Source: Terriglobia bacterium (GTDB taxonomy: Bacteria > Acidobacteriota > Terriglobia > 20CM-2-55-15). Taken from it: 64,000 nt of DNA. This document shows positions 48,614-58,873 of the stretch, piece after piece. The stretch lies in contig CBDAOY010000007.1 in the NCBI GenBank assembly GCA_965198225.1, positions 990,045 through 1,054,044 on the forward strand, written 5' to 3'. The translations under genes were made by a program, and so were the position numbers. Under the pieces are notes generated by a model. The model saw only the letters and a program-made list of their open reading frames with translations, was not told the origin of the DNA and searched no databases. Positions within the stretch are counted from its first letter, which is position 1. Every line of letters starts with the position of its first letter.

Positions 48614-49792
48614 ATGGCCATTCACAAACTCTCCCAACGCAAGGTAGACACCGCCGGTCCCGGCAAATACGAAGACGGCGGCGGGCTCCGCTTGGTGGTG
48701 TCCAATTCAGGCGCCAGGAGATGGGTCCTGCGTTACACCGTCCACGGCAAACGCCGGGAAATGGGTCTGGGCCGTTATCCCGATGTCGGGTTGGCCGATG
48801 CCCGCACGCAAGCGCTACGGCACCGGAGGCAGTTGGCGACGGGCGTAGATCCCATCGCAGCCCGCCGGGCGGCCCCGGAGACGCTACCCACCTTCACCAT
48901 CTGCGCCGCCCGGTATATCCGGGCCCATCGACGGAGTTGGCACAATGCCAAGCACGCGCGGCAATGGGTCCGGAGCCTGAAGACCTATGCCCGGCCCGTC
49001 ATCGGGGCCAAACGGGTCGACGCCATTGAGACTGAAGACATTGTAAAGATACTCTCTTCGATCTGGAACACCAAGACCGAAACGGCCAAGCGCGTGCAGG
49101 GGCGCATCGAAAATGTCCTGGACTTCGCCGCCGCGCACCAATACTGCGGTCCCCTGAACCCGGCCCGCTGGCGGGGCCATCTGGACAAGTTGCTCCCGAA
49201 GCCCTCCCGGGTGAAGCAAGTCACCCACCACCCGGCCATGCCGTATCCCGAGGTGGCGGACTTCCTGCAGGAGCTGTCCGGACACCGGAGTGTATCGGCG
49301 CAGGCGCTGCGGTTTTTGATCCTGACCGCCACGCGCACCAGTGAAGTCTTAGAGGCGCAGTGGCCGGAAATCGATCGGACCGCCGGTATATGGATCCTTC
49401 CCGCCTCCCGGATGAAAGCCCGACGGGAACATCGAGTTCCCTTATCGGATGCGACCCTGGCGGTTCTGGAAGACCTACCCCGCATGGCAGGCCACCCGTA
49501 TGTCTTCGCCGGATCTCGCCACGGACGCCCTCTGTCGAACATGGCCCTACTGAAATTGATGCGAGACATGGGATATTGCGTTGAGGGTTCCCGGGCTCAC
49601 TACGTGCCGCATGGATTTCGCTCCAGTTTTCGGGATTGGTCCGGCGAGGTGTCGAGCTTCCCGCGAGAAGTTGCGGAAATGGCCTTGGCCCACGTGGTGG
49701 AGAACAAGGTGGAAGCGGCCTACCGGCGGGGGGATCTGTTCGCCAAACGGCGCAGCATGATGCAGGCCTGGGCCGACTACCTCAAGAAGTAG
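48614..49792 (+). CDS. tyrosine-type site-specific integrase, phage P4-like (DUF4102 arm-binding N-terminus)
   Basis: It has KLSQRKVDTAGPGKYEDGGGLRLVV and the catalytic R...HGFRSSF...Y motifs. Confidence 0.85.
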   Translation: MAIHKLSQRKVDTAGPGKYEDGGGLRLVVSNSGARRWVLRYTVHGKRREMGLGRYPDVGLADARTQALRHRRQLATGVDPIAARRAAPETLPTFTICAARYIRAHRRSWHNAKHARQWVRSLKTYARPVIGAKRVDAIETEDIVKILSSIWNTKTETAKRVQGRIENVLDFAAAHQYCGPLNPARWRGHLDKLLPKPSRVKQVTHHPAMPYPEVADFLQELSGHRSVSAQALRFLILTATRTSEVLEAQWPEIDRTAGIWILPASRMKARREHRVPLSDATLAVLEDLPRMAGHPYVFAGSRHGRPLSNMALLKLMRDMGYCVEGSRAHYVPHGFRSSFRDWSGEVSSFPREVAEMALAHVVENKVEAAYRRGDLFAKRRSMMQAWADYLKK

Positions 49793-50066
49793 AAGGGCGG
49801 GTGCGCAAGGTCGACGGGCGGCCAACAATTCATGCATTCCGATGATTCCTTGAAGGAGCCCACTGCTTCCGAGGTGTGAAAGAATTCAGGCTGGTGCGGA
49901 TTCGACGCGGAAGTGGTCGGCGGAGTGAAAGGAGATGCGACAGAATCTGAGGATCTACGATTCCCGACCGAACCCCAGTGGGGCTAGTGTAGGCCGTCAC
50001 CAAAGGGCACCGCGGACTCGGTCGATGTGACTTTGATCAGGGAAAATCATGGACGGAACGGGTCCC

Positions 50067-50708
50067 TCAATGGATCGTCGGCTTCTCCACGCCGATGGTG
50101 GACAGTGCGTGTTGGCGGGCTCGCGTGCAGGCAACCACAACGGCATGAAGCTCTTTCTCCGCGATCCGTGAGAGTTCCCGCACGTTCTTGAGGCTCCGCG
50201 CCAGATCCATCTCCGAGCGCGACGATGTTCTCTCCAGACACTCCACCATGCTGTGCATCATGGCGTTGATCTCCCCGAGATTGTCCATGGCTTCGTGAGC
50301 CCGTTCGGGGAGATCCAGCACCTCCTCGGCACCGAACAGGCCGTCGATGAAACCTTCCAGCTCTTCCATGCGGGTGCGGCAGAGGCGACTCAGATCATCG
50401 AGCTCCGCCTTGGCGGCCATCGGTGTCAAACGGAACGGCCGGGTTCCCGATTGATGCTTTGCCAATTCGTTCCAGAGGCCCATGAGAGCCTCAAACAGCT
50501 CGTTGGCGGCAGCGACATCGTCAAACTTCGGCAGTTCTCCTCCCCAGAAAGCTGCTACGGTCGGGAGGGGCGACGCATCAAGATTGGGACTGGCGATGTT
50601 GCCGAGGAAGCGTGTGCGCACGACATGGAATGGAGTCGGACAGGCATAACCGTCCAATAGCCCGCGGACTCGTTCGTCGCCCTGATATCTGTGGGAACGT
50701 TTCTTCAT
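50067..50708 (-). CDS. YecA-like (UPF0149) family protein
   Basis: AAFWGGELPKFDDVAAANELFEALMGLWNELA resembles the UPF0149 N-terminal domain. Confidence 0.4.
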   Translation of the reverse strand: MKKRSHRYQGDERVRGLLDGYACPTPFHVVRTRFLGNIASPNLDASPLPTVAAFWGGELPKFDDVAAANELFEALMGLWNELAKHQSGTRPFRLTPMAAKAELDDLSRLCRTRMEELEGFIDGLFGAEEVLDLPERAHEAMDNLGEINAMMHSMVECLERTSSRSEMDLARSLKNVRELSRIAEKELHAVVVACTRARQHALSTIGVEKPTIH

Positions 50709-50795
50709 GCCCGATTAACTTCCGGCCGGCGTTGTGCCATTTCACCTTGTCCCTGCGGAAGCAGATTAGTCCGAAGAAGTTCGAGAATTTCCCGT

Positions 50796-51380
50796 TTACG
50801 TCCCACAGTTCTGGTAGTCCGAGGCCATACACGTGCGCGCCCACTCAATGGCGCGGCTGATCTGGGCACGGGTCATTTCACGTTCAAGGTTGCCCCGCGA
50901 CTCCTCGGGCCCAACGCCGGCGACGCTGACCCTCCCATTGGCGCTGGCGATATTGAACCACATGTGCGCGAGCACGTCGTCCTCGATGCCGCCCAAGCCG
51001 TTGTAGTACATCAACCCGAGGTTGAACTGCGCGCTCGCGTGCCCCTGCTCGGCCGCCATGCGGTACCATCGCGCCGCTTCCGCATCGTCTTCGATGACAC
51101 CCTCGCCGTGGGCATACATGGTTCCGAGATTGAATTGCGCACGCGCGTCCCCCTGCTCGGCCGCTATGCGGAACCACCGCATTGCTTCACGGTCATCCTC
51201 CATGGCGGCCTCGTCATCGTCGTAGGTGCTCCCGAGGCTGTCCGGCGTATCCGCGTTCCCCTGCTCGTCTTCGGCCTGAAAGCGTCCTGGTTCGTCCTGC
51301 GCCGGAACACATGCCGCGGCCAGCAGCCAGGAGCCGCAGAGCAGTGTCATCGCGATCCATCGGTTACGGTGTTTCTTCAC
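50796..51380 (-). CDS. Sel1-repeat (SLR) lipoprotein
   Basis: The lipobox is LLAAAC. There are three repeats of AxxWYRxAAEQGxAxAQFNLGxMY. Confidence 0.8.
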   Translation of the reverse strand: MKKHRNRWIAMTLLCGSWLLAAACVPAQDEPGRFQAEDEQGNADTPDSLGSTYDDDEAAMEDDREAMRWFRIAAEQGDARAQFNLGTMYAHGEGVIEDDAEAARWYRMAAEQGHASAQFNLGLMYYNGLGGIEDDVLAHMWFNIASANGRVSVAGVGPEESRGNLEREMTRAQISRAIEWARTCMASDYQNCGT

Positions 51381-51620
51381 GGCAGCCTCCCATGTCCTGG
51401 TGATCTTATGCCTTGAGACTGGATCGTCGATTGTAGGCGATCCAGGACGCGACCCTACAAGTACTTGGCGACTCTAGTGTAATGGGATCCGCAGGTTACG
51501 TTGCGTGCCGAACACGGATCACCGCTGGAGTGTGGACACAGCGGAAGGTTCACCGTGCCGACGGACGGGTAAGCCAGCCACCTTGAGCAGGATCATCTTG
51601 GGACGCCATCGGCGGCACAC

Positions 51621-51971
51621 CTAACGTCGGCGGCCGCAGGACACGAATATCTCCACGTCGGCCCTCAGCGCGCGCTCCGTGTTGTGGCTGAAGGCACCCC
51701 GGGCCGCTTTGAAGTAGGCGGCCAGTTGGTCCCCTGCCTCCGCAGCGTATTCAACACGGAACGAGAGCGTTCTCGAGCGGGTTGGTCTGCCCGATCGCCT
51801 TGTGCAGCGTGGCGATGCTGGAGACGTAGCGGCGCACCGTCGCCGGGGCCTTGACGCGCGCCATGTCGTCGATGAAGGCGACCAGGGTGGGGGCGTTGGC
51901 GGGCAACGCCGGCACGACCTGCTGCCGGCAGCCAGGATCTCCATCTCGCATGTCATCTCTGAAATCAGCAT
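51621..51971 (-). pseudogene. tyrosine recombinase N-terminal (SAM-like domain) fragment, frameshifted
   Basis: There are two overlapping frames (...LVAFIDDMARVKAPATVRRYVSSIATLHKAIG... and ...AAYFKAARGAFSHNTERALRADVEIF...). No catalytic domain follows. Confidence 0.3.
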
Positions 51972-52007
51972 CGGGCGGCCTCCGGTTCAGTCGAAAAAGG
52001 CCGCGAA

Positions 52008-52042
52008 TTTTACTCGCGATAATTCCAGTTATCGCGAGTAAA
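52008..52042. other. perfect inverted repeat TTTACTCGCGATAA-ttccag-TTATCGCGAGTAAA
   Basis: Seen directly. It lies next to the recombinase fragment. Confidence 0.6.
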
Positions 52043-52611
52043 GCCCCGAGATAACGCTTTCCTCGCCGTTGATCACACGGCGCGGCGGATTTTTTTCGAT
52101 CCGGCGCCTGCTGCCCATCAGCTCAGGGGGGGCGGGACGCAACGAGGTCTGTCTACCGAACGGGGGAGTTGTGGTGCCTTCTACGGCCCGAATGAGCGCG
52201 ACCAGATATCGCCAGCGAACCGGAGAAAGGGACATCGACTTGGCAGAACACCGTGAAATCGCGGCGTCACGCGTCACAGGGATAGACACGAAAGCGGTGG
52301 CGAAGGACTGAGGTGGCCGTATCGATACGGTCGTGGCGGCGCGCTCACCCGCAGCCGTGGCTGCGCCGATGATTTGTCCATGGGGCGATCCGCCGCGTGA
52401 CCGCAAGCCGCTGGCGATGAGTGCCTGCCCGGTTCACGGAAATCGGGCTATGGGCTCTGCCGTGCAGCGCCGCCCGCCTGTTCCGTGCCGAGCCCGTTGG
52501 CAGGACATGAGCAGTTTCGCCGCCGATACCGTCGATCAACGTGCGACCGTCATCACCGGTCCCCGGGTGTCGGTCCGCGGACGTCAATTCACAAGGGCGA
52601 CGCGCTACCGC

Positions 52612-53751
52612 ATGCGCGTGCTCTCTTTTTCGCTGCAAGGCCTTAAAACCGGGTTATTTCTGCTATTCGCATCACTGCTGGCCGTGTCGGCGCCGATTCA
52701 GGCCAGCGCGCAGGCGAACAGCCCTCCGGCGGTGACGGGGCCAACCAGCGTCGACTACGCCGAGAACAGCGAGGAGACGGTGGCCACGTATATCGCTACG
52801 GACCCGGAGGCCGAAGCAATCGCGTGGAGCGTGTCCGGGACGGACCATGCGCTGTTTTCCATCACTGCGGGTGTCCTGGAGTTCCTGAGCCCGCCGAACT
52901 ACGAGAGGCCTATCGACGAGGGCGAAGACAACGCGTATGAGGTGGGCGTCACGGCCACGGATTCCTCCGGGGCGGCCGCCACCGTTGCGGTCACCGTGAC
53001 GGTAACAGACGTCAACGACCCGAACATCGTCCTCATCATGGCGGACGATGTCGGTTATGAGGCCTTTGGGGCATACGGTAGCGCACAGTACAGAACGCCG
53101 CGAATTGATGAGCTTGCAGCCGCGGGAGTTCGCTTCACGAACGCTTACTCAAACCCGGTATGCACCCCGAGCAGAGTTGCCTTGATGACGGGTAAGAGCA
53201 GTGTCAGGAACTATGTGGATTTCGGAGTTCTACTCCCCGGAGAATACACGATTACTGATCTCTTTAGTGGGGCCGGATACGCAACGGCCATCGCCGGAAA
53301 GTGGCAGCTTCACGGTAGTGTCGTAGGTAGTGACGTAGTGGCTGGTGTCCCTGCCGGAACCGGATTCGACACGTATTCCTTGTGGAATACAGCCAACACG
53401 GGTCGTAGTCGCTACTGGAATCCTTCCATCGAACGCGACGGTGAAATCATCGATCTGGGCAGCGAGGATTACGGGCCCGACATATTCACGAATTTCCTGC
53501 TGGAATTCATAGAGTCCAACAGAGATAAACCGTTTTTCGCCTACTACCCGATGGTGCTTCCTCATGATCCGTTCGGCTCGCCGCCGCAAGCCCAATGCGT
53601 CGATACCGCTGACGGACAGTGCAATTTCGAGGACATGGTCGCGTATCTCGATTACAACGTCGGCCGCATACGCGACAAGCTGGCGGACCTGGAGCTACTC
53701 GACAACACAATCCTCATATTCACCTCCGACAACGGAACTCACGCACGCTGA
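52612..53751 (+). CDS. giant surface protein, segment 1: signal peptide + cadherin-like domain + sulfatase N-terminal half
   Basis: It has a signal peptide (LFLLFASLLAVSAPIQASA) and a cadherin repeat ending VTDVNDP. The sulfatase motifs are IVLIMADDVGYE and the formylglycine site CTPSRVALMTGK. The frame ends in TGA at 53749-53751, inside a cacgcacgc repeat. Confidence 0.75.
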   Translation: MRVLSFSLQGLKTGLFLLFASLLAVSAPIQASAQANSPPAVTGPTSVDYAENSEETVATYIATDPEAEAIAWSVSGTDHALFSITAGVLEFLSPPNYERPIDEGEDNAYEVGVTATDSSGAAATVAVTVTVTDVNDPNIVLIMADDVGYEAFGAYGSAQYRTPRIDELAAAGVRFTNAYSNPVCTPSRVALMTGKSSVRNYVDFGVLLPGEYTITDLFSGAGYATAIAGKWQLHGSVVGSDVVAGVPAGTGFDTYSLWNTANTGRSRYWNPSIERDGEIIDLGSEDYGPDIFTNFLLEFIESNRDKPFFAYYPMVLPHDPFGSPPQAQCVDTADGQCNFEDMVAYLDYNVGRIRDKLADLELLDNTILIFTSDNGTHAR

Positions 53752-56700
53752 TCTGATTTCAGAACTCGGGGGAGAAATGATCCATGGGGATAAGAACATG
53801 CCCAACAATGGCGGCACGCGGGTACCGCTGATAGTCAGCGTTCCAGGAGGTGAGGGGGGACGGGTGTTCGACGACCTGATCGACTTCACCGACTTTCTCC
53901 CGACTCTGGCTGATGCGGCAGGTCTTACGATTCCTGACGTCAATATGCTGGACGGCGTGAGTTTTTGGGACAGGCTTCAAGGCCGAACCGGCCAACCGCG
54001 GGAATGGATATATACCTATTACTTCCCACGTCCGTTCGCCGATAGGTTCGACAATCCGCAACGTCATCCAGAGGCGTCGTATGTCCGAGACAAGCGGTAC
54101 CAGCTCTACGGAACAGGAGAGTTCTTCGACATTTCCGTAGACCCTCACCAAGTGCATCCGTTGCCGAGTGACGATGAAGAGTCCAGCGCCGCCCGTACCA
54201 AGCTGCAAGCGGTTCTCGACTCGATGCCGGGGAGAGGTGAGGAGATTTACCCATATTTGATAGGAACTGTCCCGGACTCTGAGCCGCGCCCGCGATGGCG
54301 GCCCGTCCTGTCGAAAGCAACTGTGAACGGCGGCCAATTGACGCTCACTTACGCCGGAATTCTGGACTCAAGAGAAGCGCCTCCCGCAGATTCCTTCATT
54401 GTGAACGTTGATGGTTCCGAGCGTGCGGTCTCCACAGTTTCGATAAGCAAAACAGCGGTTACGCTTACACTCGCTTCGGCGGTTACAGTTGGCCAGACGG
54501 TGACGTTGAATTACACGCCGGGAACGAATGCGATTCAGCACGCGAACAGGCCATTCGGGCACAAAGCGGCACCCCTGGTTCGCCAAGGGGTGACGAACAA
54601 CACTGTGGACACGACGGCGCCGGCGGTGTTGTCGATCACGAGCGACGCGACGCACCCGACGAAGAACGCTTTCACGGTGACGATAACCTTTTCGGAGGAG
54701 GTGAGGGGACTCACGGCGGGGGAGATCGCGGTCACCAATGGCACGGGCTCGAACTTTGCGGGCACAGGCGCGAGCTACATGCTCGACATCGAACCCAGCG
54801 ACGATATCGAAGCCGACGTGACGGTCCGGGTTCCGGCCGATGCGGCGATGGACGCCGCGAACCTCGGCAACATCGAGGGGATCGAGACCTTCGCGGTGGA
54901 CACCCAGGCGCCGGCGGTGTTGTCGATCACGAGCGACGCGACACACCCGACGAAGGATGCTTTCAGGGTGACGATCACCTTTTCGGAGGCGGTGACGGAG
55001 CTCACGTCGCAGGATATCGCGGTCATGAACGGAGTGGGCTCGAACTTCGCGGGCACGGACGCGCGCTACACGCTCGACATCGAGCCCAGCGCCAATACCG
55101 AAGACGATGTGACGGTCCGGGTTCGGGCCAACGCGGCGGTGGACGGCGTGAACATCGGCAACGTCGAGGGGATCGAAACCTTTGCGGTGGACACCCAGGT
55201 GCCGAGGGTGTTGTCGATCACAAGCGACGCGGCGCACCCGACGAAGGATACTTTCACGGTAACGATCACCTTTTCGGAAGAGGTGACGGGGCTGACGGCG
55301 AGTGAGATCGTGGTCAGCAATGGCCGTGGCTCGAACTTCGCGGGCACGGGCGCACGCTACACGCTCGACATCGCTCCGAACGCCAACCTTGAAGCCGATG
55401 TGACGGTCCGGGTTCGAGCCAACGCGGCGGTGGACGGCGCGAACAACAGCCACGTCGACGAGGGCGAGACCTTCGCTGTGGACACGCGGGCACCGGTGTT
55501 GATGAGCGCTGCGGTGGATGGCGACACGCTGACGCTGAGCTATGGGGAGGCGCTGGGCAACCCGACACCGGAGCCGGGCGATTTCACGATGAATGTGGAG
55601 AGCGCTGGGCGGAGCGTTTCCAGGGTGGCGGTGAGCGGAAGAGCGGTGACTTTGACGCTTGCCTCGGCCGTGGCGCATGGCGAGACGGTGAGAGTGAGCT
55701 ACAGCCCGGGGACGAACCCGATCCAGGACGCGGTGGGCAACCAGGCTCTGGGACTGAGCAACGCGTCGGCCACCAACACTACGGATGCACCCAACACGGA
55801 TCCGATGATCACGAGTCCGGGGCCGTTCAATGTCACTGAGAATCAAGCGCGGGTGACCCGGCTGATGGCGGCCGACGCCGACCCGGGGGACGAGGTCACC
55901 GGCTATACGCTTGTCGGCGGAGCCGATCGGGCCCAGTTCACGGTCGGTGAGGATACCGGAGATCTGGGCTTCCGGGCGGTTCCGAACTTTGAAGCGCCCA
56001 CGGATGCCTTCAGTAACGATCCGCCAAGTGGGGCAGGAGACAACGAGTACATCGTGGTGGTCCAGGTCAGCAGCGGGGCAGGAACGCGGGTGCGGACGGC
56101 GGAACAGACGATTCGCGTGCGGGTGAGTGACGTGGAGGAGCTTCCAGCGGCGCCGGAGGAGCCGACTTTTCCGAGGGCGACGCCGGACAGCCTGACGGTG
56201 GCGTGGACGGAGCCGGACAACACCGGGCCGCCCATCACCGGCTATGACGTGCAATACCGGGAAGGCGTCAGCGGCGGCTTCACGGATGCGCCGCACTCCG
56301 GGACGGCCCAAACCACAACGCTCATGGGGTTGAGCGAGGGCACGGCCTACCAGGTGCAGGTGCGGGCGAGGAACGCGGAAGGAACAGGTGACTGGTCGGA
56401 GCCGGGCGAAGGACGGACCGTGGCCCCGCTGAGGGTTCGGATGACGCCGGAGCTGGAGCCGCCGGTGGAGGGCCCGTTCTCGGTGAGGTTCAGCTTTTCG
56501 GAGACGGTGACGGGTTTCAGCGGAAGCGACATCGAGACGGGTCAGGACCTTGCCTGCATGGACGATCAGAACAACCCGGTGTTCTGCAACCCCGGCTTTG
56601 CGGCATTCGAGACCACGGATAGCCGGGTCTTCACCACCCGCGTGACCCCGAGGACCGGCGGGGTGGCCAATAACTACAAGCTCACGCTCACGGTGCGTGC

Positions 56701-58837
56701 CGGCGGAGTGAGATCGTCTGTCGGCAATAAGCCTAACGAGGAGGCGACGCTTGAGGTGCCGGTGGCGCCGCCGGGGGTGACGGTGCCGATCGGGCCGCTG
56801 GGGCTGACGGCGAGCGGGGGAAACGGCCAGGTGGCGCTCCGGTGGAATGCCCCGGGGGACACCGGGGGCGCCGCGATGGTCCGCTACGAATACCGGGTGG
56901 CGGATGGCGTCGGCGGGGAGTTCGGCGCCTGGATGCGGGTGGATGCGGCGGCGAGGTCCGCGCCGGTCCCCGATCTGACGAACGGCCGGGAATACGTCTT
57001 CGAGCTGAGGGGGGTGAACGCCCTGGGCTACGGCGGGGTGGAGACCGTGCGAGCCACCCCGGTGCGCACCACCACCGGGGACGGAGGAGGCAGAGGAGGC
57101 GGCGGGGGTGGGGGCGCCCTCCGCGGGACAGTGCCGGGCGCGCCGACGAACCTGACGGCTGAGGGCGGGGACGGCCAGGTCGTACTGAGTTGGGACGCCC
57201 CGGAAAGCGACGGCGGGGCGGCGATCACCGATTACGAGTATTGGAACGGCGGGAGTCGGACCTGGACCTCCATCGGTTCCACGAACACCACCCATACGGT
57301 CACCGGCCTCGACAACGGAACGGAATACACCTTCCAGGTGCGGGCGGTCAACCGAAGGGGCCGGAGCCGGGCTTCCAACCGGGCTACGGCGACGCCGGAC
57401 GTGTTTATCCTGGACTTTGCGCATTTCGCCAATGGCGCGTCCATTACCTCCGATCTGGTGCTGGTGAACCCGGGAAGCATCCCGATCCGGCCCGTCGTTT
57501 ATTTCTACGACACCGGGGGCAATCCAATTAACGCCGAATCGGTGGTGGACGTCACCGGTGATCTGACGGTCGCCGAGGACGGTGCCTTGACGGTCCTGGC
57601 GGATATGGAGCCACTCAGAGAACTCACGATTGCGACCCACGGTCGGGGAGCGCTCGTGAGTGGATCGGTGAAGGTTGTCTCTTACGGTCCTGTCGGCGGG
57701 TTCCTGCGCTATAACGTCCCGGATGTCGGCGTGGCCGGTGTGGGAGCGAGCCCGCCCACACGGGATGTCCTTTTCCCGGCCCGCCGCGAGGCGGGAGGCA
57801 TCAATACGGCGGCGGCGATCCAGAACCTGGGAGAGGCACCGCTGGAGGTGAGCTGCCGATTGATGCGCGCGGGCGCGGTGCTGGAAGAGGCGGAGATCGC
57901 TCTTGCGCCCAACGGGCAGTCGAGTGTCTTTATCGACGAACAATTCCCCGCCACCGATACGTCCGACTTCGCGGGGTCGATGCACTGCGACGCCCCAGCG
58001 ACGTTCACCGGTGTGGCGGTCGAGATGGATGCTGTCCACCGCATCTTTACGGCACTGCCGGTGGTTTCCGCGGATCGGCTCAGCGGCGGCAGTGCGACGG
58101 TCCTGGACTTTGCGCATTTCGCCAATGGAGGTTCCATCACCTCCGATCTGGTGTTCGTGAATCTGAAGACCCGTCCGAGCGGGCCCGCGCCCACTCCCTT
58201 TCAGATGGCCATCCCTCCGAGCCGCCCTGCCATCCATTTCTACGACACGGAGGGCAATCCGATGGCGACCGAATCGGTGGTGGACATCACCGGCGATCTG
58301 GAAGTCACCGAAGACGGCGCCCTGACGGTCCGGACGGAGATGGAGCCCTTGGGCGTGCTCACGATTTCGACTCACAGCCGGGGCGATCTGGTGACCGGAT
58401 CGGTGAAGGTGGTCTCGGAGGGTCCCATCGGCGGGATGCTCCGCTTTGACCTCCCCGGCATCGGCGAGGCCGTGGTGGGGGCCAGCGAGCCCCTCAGCGA
58501 CTTCCTCTTCCCGGTGCGCCGCCAGGAGGGAGGCATCAACACGGGGGTCGCGATCCACAACCTGGAATCGAGTCCGGAGTTGGTGCGCTGCGAACTGCTG
58601 CGCGAGGGCGTGCTGCTCGATACCGTGAGCATCCCTCTTGAGGCCAACGGGCAGACCTCCGGGTTCATCGACGGGCGATTCCCCAGCGTCGATACGTCCG
58701 ACTTCGTGGGGTTGGTACGCTGCAATGCAGTCGGTGAGGGGCTCTTCAGTGCCGTCGCCCTGGAACTGGATGCCGCCAACCGCATCTTTACCACACTGCC
58801 AGTGATCCCGCTGCAAGAGACGATGTCTCAGGAATAG
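53738..58837 (+). CDS. giant surface protein, segment 2 (frameshift continuation of segment 1)
   Basis: It continues in the -1 frame as ...THADLISELGGEMIHGDKNMPNNGGTRVPLIVSVPG... (the sulfatase C-terminal half). This is followed by Ig-like repeats (TQAPAVLSITSDATHPTKDAFTVTITFSEEV...), three fibronectin type III domains, and two ~230-aa C-terminal repeats (LDFAHFANGxSITSDLV...). The intact gene product would be ~2070 aa. Confidence 0.7.
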   Translation, partial: LTHADLISELGGEMIHGDKNMPNNGGTRVPLIVSVPGGEGGRVFDDLIDFTDFLPTLADAAGLTIPDVNMLDGVSFWDRLQGRTGQPREWIYTYYFPRPFADRFDNPQRHPEASYVRDKRYQLYGTGEFFDISVDPHQVHPLPSDDEESSAARTKLQAVLDSMPGRGEEIYPYLIGTVPDSEPRPRWRPVLSKATVNGGQLTLTYAGILDSREAPPADSFIVNVDGSERAVSTVSISKTAVTLTLASAVTVGQTVTLNYTPGTNAIQHANRPFGHKAAPLVRQGVTNNTVDTTAPAVLSITSDATHPTKNAFTVTITFSEEVRGLTAGEIAVTNGTGSNFAGTGASYMLDIEPSDDIEADVTVRVPADAAMDAANLGNIEGIETFAVDTQAPAVLSITSDATHPTKDAFRVTITFSEAVTELTSQDIAVMNGVGSNFAGTDARYTLDIEPSANTEDDVTVRVRANAAVDGVNIGNVEGIETFAVDTQVPRVLSITSDAAHPTKDTFTVTITFSEEVTGLTASEIVVSNGRGSNFAGTGARYTLDIAPNANLEADVTVRVRANAAVDGANNSHVDEGETFAVDTRAPVLMSAAVDGDTLTLSYGEALGNPTPEPGDFTMNVESAGRSVSRVAVSGRAVTLTLASAVAHGETVRVSYSPGTNPIQDAVGNQALGLSNASATNTTDAPNTDPMITSPGPFNVTENQARVTRLMAADADPGDEVTGYTLVGGADRAQFTVGEDTGDLGFRAVPNFEAPTDAFSNDPPSGAGDNEYIVVVQVSSGAGTRVRTAEQTIRVRVSDVEELPAAPEEPTFPRATPDSLTVAWTEPDNTGPPITGYDVQYREGVSGGFTDAPHSGTAQTTTLMGLSEGTAYQVQVRARNAEGTGDWSEPGEGRTVAPLRVRMTPELEPPVEGPFSVRFSFSETVTGFSGSDIETGQDLACMDDQNNPVFCNPGFAAFETTDSRVFTTRVTPRTGGVANNYKLTLTVRAGGVRSSVGNKPNEEATLEVPVAPPGVTVPIGPLGLTASGGNGQVALRWNAPGDTGGAAMVRYEYRVADGVGGEFGAWMRVDAAARSAPVPDLTNGREYVFELRGVNALGYGGVETVRATPVRTTTGDGGGRGGGGGGGALRGTVPGAPTNLTAEGGDGQVVLSWDAPESDGGAAITDYEYWNGGSRTWTSIGSTNTTHTVTGLDNGTEYTFQVRAVNRRGRSRASNRATATPDVFILDFAHFANGASITSDLVLVNPGSIPIRPVVYFYDTGGNPINAESVVDVTGDLTVAEDGALTVLADMEPLRELTIATHGRGALVSGSVKVVSYGPVGGFLRYNVPDVGVAGVGASPPTRDVLFPARREAGGINTAAAIQNLGEAPLEVSCRLMRAGAVLEEAEIALAPNGQSSVFIDEQFPATDTSDFAGSMHCDAPATFTGVAVEMDAVHRIFTALPVVSADRLSGGSATVLDFAHFANGGSITSDLVFVNLKTRPSGPAPTPFQMAIPPSRPAIHFYDTEGNPMATESVVDITGDLEVTEDGALTVRTEMEPLGVLTISTHSRGDLVTGSVKVVSEGPIGGMLRFDLPGIGEAVVGASEPLSDFLFPVRRQEGGINTGVAIHNLESSPELVRCELLREGVLLDTVSIPLEANGQTSGFIDGRFPSVDTSDFVGLVRCNAVGEGLFSAVALELDAANRIFTTLPVIPLQETMSQE

Positions 58838-58873
58838 ACGGACGCGCCTGACAGGCTAGGCGACGGCGTCGCC

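Noticed and set aside
54368-58816. 1482-aa ORF on the minus strand
   Set aside because: It is the antisense shadow of the giant sulfatase/Ig/FN3 gene. It has an Arg/His/Gly-rich, low-complexity composition and no domain-like segments. High-GC antisense strands commonly stay open.
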